Of a DNA stretch of 64,000 bases, positions 15,278 to 25,700 are shown piece by piece. Position numbers and translations under genes: made by a program. A model generated the notes under the pieces. That model saw nothing but the letters and a program-made list of their open reading frames with translations, searched no databases and was not told where the DNA came from. The first letter of the stretch is position 1. The number at the start of each line of letters is the position of its first letter. This stretch comes from Bispira polyomma (lineage: Eukaryota): positions 3,348,001-3,412,000 of the forward strand of contig OZ287758.1 in assembly GCA_965649765.1 (NCBI GenBank), given 5' to 3'.

Positions 15278-15987
15278 TCCGTAGTATGGTAATCACCACT
15301 TAATCAATGAAATATATATATACATTGATGTCCCAATAGGGGCTCCAAACAATTGATACTGTATTTTTTTTAATATATATAACTATTGAATGCATATCTA
15401 AAGTATATCAAATATTTCTTAAGAATCCTTAAACTATGTTTATTAAGACTGTCATTTAGCTTTGTCGTAAGTGATAGGGATTATGGTAACCATGCAGCAA
15501 TATATTAAGATTGACTGAATACTTGAATTTAGCTTTGAAAACTAAAAAAAAATGGATCCTGCGCCATCATAAAGCCAGTACGTAAGGAAGTGTTCAGTTT
15601 TCAGTACACCCAGGTACTTGCCAGTATAAAAAAACAAAAACACACACTTTAAATTGTGTGTTAAGACATGTAATATATTGATCCTCCTCGTTCCTGTTCG
15701 TTACAATATGTCTACTACCTGTGGTAAAATTACCTAAAAAAAAAAAGAAACATTTTAAAATTTAACTATATCATATAAAGTACAGAATACTTGATACTGC
15801 ACGTATATTGACAACCTCAATATAATTGACTTCCATTAAAAGTCATGGCTTGACAGTACACCTTTTTGTGGATACTAGTGTATGGTAATATTTGAATCTA
15901 GATCAGTTAATTAGCATTATCAAATTTAAGTACATGTGGACTGCAATTGCAACAGATTGATGCTTTGTTTGTAATTTAATTTTTGGT

Positions 15988-16026
15988 AAATGAAAGTGAA
16001 AGTAACTATAGGAGGTGTACTTCCCC
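15988..16026 (+). promoter_or_regulatory. ISRE/IRF-binding element plus adjacent NF-kB-like site
   Basis: AAATGAAAGTGAAAGTA (15988-16004) matches GAAANNGAAA with a third partial half-site; GGTGTACTTCCCC (16014-16026) is kB-like on the reverse strand. Confidence 0.55.
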
Positions 16027-16029
16027 GCC

Positions 16030-16183
16030 AGTTGTGTGAATCAGCCATATTGAGAAATATTTAGACGGAAATCTCATTTGGATAAAGATCCCAAAGACAC
16101 CGGAAAACGACTGTATTTAATATTTGTGAGGTTATATAGTACATATAGCTGGTCTCTCTGAATATATAATAACACGTGTCCAG
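16030..16183 (+). other. Probable non-coding first exon (5' UTR) of the CARD-kinase gene
   Basis: Ends in a consensus donor CAG|GTGAGT at 16184 and lies directly downstream of the ISRE/kB-like motifs; the start is approximate. Confidence 0.5.
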
Positions 16184-17542
16184 GTGAGTGACAAGTGCCA
16201 ACTATATCATTTGGACAGTTTTAATAACAGAGTTGTGTAGTATCATTATTTATTCTGTATACACAGACACAGATACACTTGATCAATATTTGGATGGCAT
16301 ATCGGGGTGGGCTTGCACTAGCCGTAATTAAGATACGTTTAGCGGGATCAGAGTGTTATTTTCACTATACAGTCCTATATCTTAAGCCCCAGTCCCACCG
16401 GATTTACGTTCGTCTATGTTAACTACGCAAGGTTGTCACAAATATTTGATGCAAAAGTCCACTCACAAGTCGATTGATATTTTTTTATTATGTCAAAGGT
16501 GTTAACTTACGGAGAGATCCACGTATTTGTACATCTATACCTGTAAAGACATTGACACGTTAAAGGCTGTAATGTTACGTTTAGCCATGTCATGTATTAC
16601 GTTATATGTGCGTTCTACGTAATCAGTCGGAAGGCTACACTTTTTACGTTGATATAGGTAATACTATGCCAATTTCGAACTATTCTTACGCTAACACTCG
16701 TTCAGCTATGTCATAAGGGCTGGGCTCACTACATTTATGTTAGCCAGAATTTAAATGATAGATTTATTATTTCATGTATAAAAATACAACTATAGACATG
16801 TAAATTTGTGATATTTCCGTCCAACTTATAAATCTTTAGTACAATCTGAAGGTAGGTTCTATGACTCGGAATATCAATTAGAGTCGGTCTGGATCCTGTA
16901 AAACGCCCAGTGGCCAAAAAGGCTTTGGCTTTCCCCCAATATTGCAATTGATTAAATAGCAGTATGTACATGAATACTTCACCTAAAATTTTCGTTTTGC
17001 TATCACAAGAAAGCAGTTTTCAAAGTTATAGTACCGACCCAATCTGAAGCCATTCTGGTGGATCATATTTTCAGGGAGTACTCCTTACTGAGAATTGTGG
17101 GCGTGGCTTATGTTAGTTACTACAGTAAGTACCCTCGGATTTTCTTCTATTGATTTTTCTCTTGAAGTCACTGAAATTGAAAAAAAATATTGGTTTAAAA
17201 TAGGTGTATCAAATATTTGTAACGTTTTTAAACATTTCAAATGTTTGCTTGTACCAAACAATGCACACATGTGCATGGATAATTGATAGTTGGATCATTT
17301 GTATGATTTATCAATCCAAATAAGGACAATAGACATGCCAATTATATTAACGGCAAAGCTCACGTAAAGAGTAAAGTTTTAGCATCGTGGAATCAAAAAA
17401 TCAATACTGTATGGCGTCTATCAAGTTCACCTCAGTCTGATGACGTAGTACAGGGTATATACCCTGGAACAGGGTGGCAGGGCGGCAACTTTATTAGGGT
17501 GCAACATGCAAAATTCAATTAAATAAATGGATGTATCTATCT

Positions 17543-17798
17543 GAGGGCCGCGGTGGCCTAGTGGTTAGCAAGCATTGCGCTTCACAATCACTGGTCTCTC
17601 ACCTCTGGGCGGCGTGAGTTCGAATCCTGTCGATGCCTATGTGGGAAAGGTGGTAGTTCCTTACTGTGGACCGCTGGTTTCTCTGCAGAACCTTGACCAA
17701 CTGTATGCAGTGTTTCCTCCAGCGTTTCCAACTACCCGTCCCAATATAACTTACTAAAAGGTACTAGAGTGGACGTTAAATATCCAAAATTCAAATTC
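17543..17798 (+). mobile_element. tRNA-derived SINE, full length
   Basis: A box TGGCCTAGTGG, B box GTTCGAATCC, TTCAAA-type tail, 12-bp TSD ATGTATCTATCT. Confidence 0.88.
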
Positions 17799-17834
17799 AT
17801 GTATCTATCTAAATACTTCCCCTAACTAAGGGAA

Positions 17835-18100
17835 GCCTAGCTCCATTCCAACTTCCATTCCAACCTCCAGTCCAGCTTGCCGCACCAGAGAGAAGTATAG
17901 CTCCATTCCAGCACCCATTTCAACCTCCAGTCCAGAATGCCACCCTGTACAGAAGTCTAGCTCCATTCCAACCTCCAGTCCAGCTTGCCGCCCTGTAGAG
18001 AGTATACCTTCATTCTAGCTTCCATTCCAACCTTCAGTCTAACCTGCTGCCCTAAACCGAAGCCTAGATCCATTCTAACTCCCACTCCAACCTCCAACCT
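17835..18100. repeat. Degenerate C-rich tandem repeat (AGCTCCATTCCAACCTCCAGTCCAG...)
   Basis: About 5 diverged units. Confidence 0.75.
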
Positions 18101-19087
18101 TTTTAAAAACCAGCATACCAACTTCAAATCTTTCTAACTTTAAAAGTATATAAGGACTTTCTTTGCTGGATTTTGCACTCAAAATGGCAATTATTCATAA
18201 ATAACTCAGAAATTGAAGATAAAATTTACATGAAAATAAGATGAGAAAGCGTATTTTATTGTGATTCCTGAGCTTTTTATTGCATTAAATCCGTTAAGAA
18301 GTGGCGAGATATTCAAGCTTAAATACAAGTATCCCTCTTTTGAAAAACAGGGCGGCAGTACAGGGCGGCAGTACAAGGCGGCATTCCATTCCATTATATT
18401 CCAAGGTATAGTATATATCATAGTACACATATTTCTTAGGGTTACTGAATATGGTATCAATTTTGGGCAGGGGGTTATCACAAGACTACAGGTTCATAAA
18501 AAAACCTGTGGTTATATCAATATTATATGAATATTAAATAACCCTATATACATTAAATAACAATATATATATATTGATTAAAATCCTACAATAACCCGAT
18601 GGGTCACATCCAGATTAAAGATACATGTTAAGAAATATATTTGGCCATACTGAAAATGACTTCCTCTGTGTATATTTCTTCCACTTACATTCCAAAGAGG
18701 GCTTATTTTGATGAGATAGTATACATACAATTGAGTGGCTTGGGGTTTTTGCGGGGTATTTTTTAAGAAGGCTAGCACAAAATATGTATGAAGAATGAAG
18801 GTCAAAATGGGGTCAAAAGTACATTGTTCCATTCAAAACTATCTATGTAGTCATCTTTCGTTTTTGGTATCCATACTGATGGAACTCCATACCTCAAGCA
18901 ACTCCATTGGCTTCCAATTCACTATCGAATCCTGCTGAAAAAACGTAACTACATTTAAAACTGTTGTCTCCCAACAGCCTCACTAATTTGCAACAAAACT
19001 CTCCTTCAGCAGCCTTAAAAGAGGAAAGAGACTCTCTGTTTCCTCTAAAAAAAAACCACCAAGAGGTATGGTGTATGTACTTTTCTT

Positions 19088-19254
19088 ATGTTAATGATAT
19101 GAATCTTCCCTTGTTCTGTACAAGGTATATCTGTACTTGTCTGATGTTAATGATATGAATCTTCCCTTGTTTTGTACATGCTATATATGTACTTGTCTGA
19201 TGTTAATGATATGAATCTTCCCTTGTTTTGTACATGCTATATATGTACTTGTCA
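19088..19254. repeat. 56-bp tandem repeat, 3 copies
   Basis: ATGTTAATGATATGAATCTTCCCTTGTT...GTACTTGTC. Confidence 0.9.
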
Positions 19255-19582
19255 GAATACATTCAGAGATATAGTAAAGTCATTTTAGTGAATATCTCAA
19301 GGGACCATGGGAAATACTCCACTCCACTGAAGCTTTTAAGAATTTCACTTAACAGGGTGAGTTTTTAAAAGAGAAGACTTTTTGTGGGGACTATCAAGTT
19401 TTTTTCTTTAGATACAAAGAGATATCGACTTCTCAAACGGTTACTAACATTGTGTTTGACTGAACAAAAATGTATATTTGGGGAGTGAAATTGTTACTAT
19501 AAAGTTAAAGTTGAAAATTTGGATAAAATGAAATTTGGATAATAGAGTTTCTCCACTGTTACTTTGTGTCTTAGATGCGAGA

Positions 19583-19780
19583 ATGGCAGATTACAGAGAA
19601 CCCCCTCATATCATCATCTTCAGGAGATGGTACAAACAGCTGATCCACTCCATCAATGTCCCAGGTGTCACTGCCTCCCTGATGTCTGCCAATTGTATGA
19701 CTGTCAGGGACTTGGAACGAATCAACATTAAGTGTGCGAACACAGGGCAGATTGCGGCGTCAGAGACACTAATGACAGAC
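19583..19780 (+). CDS. CARD-kinase coding exon 1 (N-terminal part of CARD)
   Basis: Acceptor tgtcttag at 19574, ATG in strong context (agaATGG), donor GAC|gtaagc at 19781, phase 0. Confidence 0.8.
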
Positions 19781-22700
19781 GTAAGCTACAATATTTGAGT
19801 TGTCTTCACCAGGGGTTTGAAGTGAGCGGGAAATACAGAATATGGCTAAATACTAGAAATCACTGGGAAACTAGACCGAATAATCTGTCCCTGTTTTGCG
19901 AGATTCCTTGCTGATATTTTGGACGGCTGAATCACGAAAAGGGACAGAACGGCTTGCATAAGGAAAACGTTGTAAATTTAGACAGACGTAACATGGCGTA
20001 CAGTGTTGTTTCAATGATTTTGGTTTAGTTTTTATTTTATATTAATTGATATGCACCATATTGGCATAAACTAATTGAAAATCGGCAACTATATCATATA
20101 TAAGGAATGAGGGGATGTATTTATTTTTACCAGATTCTATATATGCCGATTCTGATTCAACGTTTTGCTTATGGAGGCCACACTGTCCCTCGCCATGCCG
20201 TCAGTATATCAAAGTATCAGCGAGGGCAGAATACTCGGTCAACTGGGAAACATGAGTATATGAATCCACCGGCCAATTTCTTTTAGAATAAACATAGACA
20301 TCCGGCTTATATTTTTTGACTTTCATCAAAGGAAAATCAAAGACAAGACTAAAATATATTATGGAAACATTGTTAGATAAATACATTTTCATATTTTATA
20401 TACTACAAGTATCCTGTTGATTGGGCAAGGTTCATTGCAGGAATAACATCATTGGGCAAGATGTGAATATGCCATTGCATACTGATTATGACTCAGGCTA
20501 TGTCATAGGACACAGGATTCGTTCGGTTTTTGCTCTTTAGTAGATACCTCGTATCAATAATGCACATTAAAAAGATATAAAACAAACAGACTCTATTGGG
20601 TGAGCGTGAGCCATCCCATATTTGACCTGTGTTTTTGGCAAAACTGACAGGCTGCTGTGTTTAGCAGACGTTTGTCTGAACCACATAACAACGACTACAT
20701 AGAACTTGCAGAATCTTCAAACTGGCACAGTAGTTTTGTAGACCTTATTCAGTCATTGAGGAAAGGCATGTTTCATGCACGTTTTAAGAAGAAGGTACAG
20801 GTTGGCAGGTGTGGTATTCACAAAAGGGTCCAAGTCTAGAGCATTGTCCTAAATCAAGCACAAAACGATACCAGATCTATGACAGAGTCTTGGCTTAGCC
20901 CTTTTGTGAATACCACTCCATGCGTCTAACTGAAACAGTGTGTTTAGGCTCAGTCAAAGGTTGTCTAAGCAATATGTCTAATTGCAAATAACAGCAACAT
21001 CATATTTGGAATAATGTCTTAAAGCATTCACCTCGCTATATATCTATTCAAATAACAGTATATGTCTTGCTTTTATAGTTTAGAAGTTTTCGGGAATAGG
21101 TTACAGATACCTGGAGTTACTAAAACACACAACACAGAGGACTACTTGCAGCATTCAATAACAGCCTCATGTATCGTTTTTCATACAGGGCAGTTTGCTG
21201 TACTAACAATTTCCTATTGTGACGAACTAAAGGAGAATTAACTAATATTGTCGATTTCTTGTCTACAGACAGAGGTTCTGCAAGTACTAAATGCTGTTGA
21301 CGACCTGGGTCTTTATAGAGTTAACTTTTAAGTATTAAGCTACAACAGGCTACAAACTACATATGGCCATTGAGAAAAATTTGATATTTGTAATTGAGTT
21401 GGTGTGTATGATTCATTGACCTTGGACTTATTGATTGGTTGGGGTTTCCACACATTGTATAGGCAGTTTCACTGGTTGGGGAAAGCATTGCATACTAGTT
21501 GGTCAATATATTGCACTGCAAACTTTCCCACATAAAGTCGCAACTGATATTCAAACCCACATCATCAGAGGTGGGAGGCAATTGTGCGAATCATCACACC
21601 ACTGAGCCCCCCCCCCCCCCCCCCCCCCCCCCCTAGCGGACCCTGGAGTAGTGATCTGACTTAAAACATTTCACTGACTCATTGAGGCTGGTTCATGGTG
21701 TTTTGGTTGAGAAGTTGTCGACTGATTCAGACACTTTTTGTAAACCAAGTGTACTCTGTGTAAGTGGAGAAATACTGACCCATTGTAGGTGATGCTGAGG
21801 AATCCTGACCCAGACTGCTTTAAGCATTTTACAGAGGCCTTGGAGTCATCAAATCACCAATATGTAGCTGAGCAGATGAGGTCAGAATACCAGCAATATC
21901 TAGGTTAGTACCGAATGCAGTCCACCTCTTCTAAACTTGTAGAGTTCGGATTTTAGAATGTATTCTTCATCCAATTTGTGCTGCCGAGCTGGTAGAAATT
22001 ATCTTTTGTTAGCTTTCTGTACTTTTTCTGTGGTATGGTGTAGACGTTCAAAGTTAACTTTGATGGTTCTAGGTCACAGGACAGGATAATCACATAGTGC
22101 AGGACAGTCGATACCAGGGAGATGAGCTCATGAAAATAACAGAAAATTAAAATTTAAAGTCACAGGACAACCAAGTTATAATTTAAAATAAAGTTATGTC
22201 CACCCAGTATTTCTTGAAATATTATTTTACCGACGATTGCGTCTGTCTTCCGTTATCTGGCATTTTAGCAACATCCCCAAGAATCTTTAGTCTGCCACTG
22301 GGGATAGTACCTCGTGACAGACGACCGCAATTTTAAGTGGTCATCCAAGCAAGTTGGTGAATGCCTGTACACATTTTGCTCAAGGATGTTATCCCACCAA
22401 ATGAAACTAGCGGGACCAAGTTTCCCGAGTGAAACCCGGGACCTTCTGATCATCGAACTAACTCCCTAACCACCAGGCCACGGGGACCACATGTATTCTC
22501 TGGAAAACTGATTTTTGTAACAATACGGTACATTTGAAAATATGGAGCATTTTGTGGGTTTTTAGTTTGTCATTCAGTCAACAGAGTAATCTGTGAGACT
22601 ACTGGTACCAGTGCTGTTATATTCTGTATTCATGGTGTCTCGATACGGAGGACAAATCAAGTGTAGTTTGCTGATTTAATGTTACATCACATAGATAATG

Positions 22701-25700
22701 CATTTCACCAGTCAAGTTCCTTGGTATATAGCCGCTGGTATTTCTTGGTTTCAGTAACAATTTTGGCATGGCTTTCTAAGCAGTGTACTAAACATCAGAC
22801 GGAAACGGTTATTCAGATTTTACTATCACGGAATGTTAGTTTTTTAAAACATTGTTCCCCCGGACTATTTTTCGTCATTAAATGGCTATATCTCAGTCAA
22901 TATTTAACCAATAATTTTCATTTTTATATCACTAAAAATGACATCTTATTTCCTTTCGGACAGTTTTAACTGTTTTGAATTCAAAATAAATTATGTAGAA
23001 GACATCTATTGAAATTGAACTAAAGATCAATATTAAATTTATAACTTGTATTCCTTGTTATTCAACTGGCTATGGTATTTATGTATGACTTAATGATCTT
23101 AGTGGTAACGTTCAAGGTCATTGATGAGAAGGAAGCTGATGTTATGCCTAGGCATTTAGATCTTGCCTGACTGTTTTTACTAAACTAAACTTCAACTGAA
23201 TATGGACTGAGATATTTGAAGAGAAAGTTCACATGCATTCAAAATTATATAAAAAGGCTCAAATGTACAGTGTTTAACTTTTGATCTCTGTGTGATTCTC
23301 GAAGCCTCCAAAGTTATAGTTGTGATCATTCAGGAAGGATCACTTGTACAAGTTGAAAACTACTGAAACTGTTGATTAAATTGAGTTCTAGAGTTTGAGG
23401 AAAGATTTGCTATTGCTGTACATGTATTTACAGACTATGAAACTAAAATGGCTCAAGGGCCTGCTACTGGACTGGTAAGTAACAGCCTAATGTGTAGTAA
23501 CAATGGGTAGTAACTGTTTCCTGTAGTGAGAAACTGAAGGATATTCTGAAAAAAATAAACTAATGTTTTTGAGGCTTCAACTGCTTGCCGTCAAACACAG
23601 GTTTTGGGAGTAACTAATGCTGTCGACTGCTTGTCAAACACATGGGCGCACTATTGGTATTACAAAGGGCCATGGGCACCATTGGTATTATAAAGGGCAA
23701 TAAGTACCATTGGTATTATAAATGGCCATGGGTACCATTGGTATTATAAAGGGTCATAAGTACCACTGGTAATATAAAGGGTCATGAGTACCATTGTTAT
23801 TATAAAAAGCCATGGGTACCATTGGTATTATAAAGGGTCATAAATACCAGACATGGGGCGAATACATGTGAAAAGTATTCGAATACGAATACTTTCTAAT
23901 TTTACGAATATGAATGCAGATATGAATACACAGATTTCGAAAGTATTCAAATACGAATGCGAATACATTTGCAATGTATTCATGAATGCATTCATGAATA
24001 CTTTAACTTCAAAGAAGGTTTAATTTACTCTGTTTTAAATTATAAGTATAGTATTATTAAAGTAAAATTTAGTGTCTTCAAAACATTTACTCAAAATAAC
24101 CTTTGACATTAATTTGCATTTACTTTAACACTAACAACAATTTACAGAACAACAATTTATGTATCTAAATTGAAATTAGTTTAACCTACTAAGGACCTAT
24201 TGATAAAACAAAGGCTTTTGATAAATTTATAACTTATTTGATATCATAATTTAGCTTTTATTTAATATACTTTGAACTGCACTGAAAAATGAAAAAAAAA
24301 AATGATAAAAAGGTTTGCATAATCCTGATAATAAATAATAGCTTCATACACTTGTATTCAATAGTTATGTATTATTTAATACACAAAGTTTTTCCTTTAC
24401 AAAAGGTAAAGTAAGGTGAAGTAAATACCATAGCACAGGTCTATCATTGAATGTTTTTCTCTAAATATAGTAAATATGGTAAATATTACTCTTAACTGCA
24501 TTCATAAACATTAAGCCCTCAAATACAGGAAATAGTGACACTAGCCACACAAATGTTTGAGTAGAGGCCCTTCTATTCAGTGGTCTGCCACCTATTGTTT
24601 ATGTACTCTTTATACTCTTTATTATGCACACTGATTAAACCTTTCATTTACTAGACAAATTTTAAAATCTTTGGGTTTGATAATGATTGTGATGATTTGA
24701 TTTTAACCAAGAAAAAGCATTATTTATTTTCTATTGTATTGATTCTCTCAGTTGTATATGTCCATACACTCCACTTGCTAGGATTTTAATATTTTTAATG
24801 TAAAATTTTAACTGGTTCATGTGATATATACTACATTATTTACCAGACCAGATTACATCTTGCTGGTTTTATTTTATTTATTTTGCCAAAAATAGAAATG
24901 TATTCGAATACGAATGCTTTAAAAAATGTATTCGAATACATATGCAGAATACAAATACCCTATGCCTGATAAGTACCATTGGTATTATAAAGGGCCATGG
25001 GTACCATTGAGTATTACAAAGGGCCATGAGTACCATTGTGTATTACAAAGGGCCATGAGTACCATTGAGTATTACAAAGGGCCACGAGTACCATTGGTAT
25101 TATAAAAGGCCATGGGTACCATTGGTATTATAAAGGGCCATGGGTACCATTGGTATTATAAAGGGTCATAAGTACCATTGGTATTATAAAGGACCATGGG
25201 TACCATTGAGTATTACAAAGGGCCATGAGTACCATTGGTATGATAAAGGGCCATGGTGGCCTAGTGGTTATAAGCATCTCCTTTAAAATTACTGGCTTCT
25301 CACCTCTGGGAATCGAATCCCGCAGATTCCTTCGTCATAGAAGTAAGTTGTCAGACATACATGTTGTGGGTCGATGGTTTACAGTGCACCGATTTCACCC
25401 ACCACTAAACCGGGCCGTCCCAATAAGGCCAAAGCTGTTGAAAAAGTGGCGTAAAACCCTGCAGAACCTCTACTAACTCAACAAATTTGGTTCTTTTTCA
25501 ACCTTTGATCAAATAGAAAAGAGCATTTCTGTATAAAAACGAGATACATATGGGAGAGTGGCAATGAATTCATCCAATCAAATGTTTGCACAAAAAAAGA
25601 TTGGATAATAGTGGTTCTAATGTGTTTAGATTTGCCTTGTATTAATTGCACACCATCTGCTGTCTGAATTTTGTATCCACTGACAATGCTGTTGACCTAG

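Noticed and set aside
14946-15299. ORFs full of X
   Set aside because: They span the N gap
17543-17640. tRNA gene
   Set aside because: A and B boxes are present, but it continues into a SINE body with a tail and TSD and is multicopy
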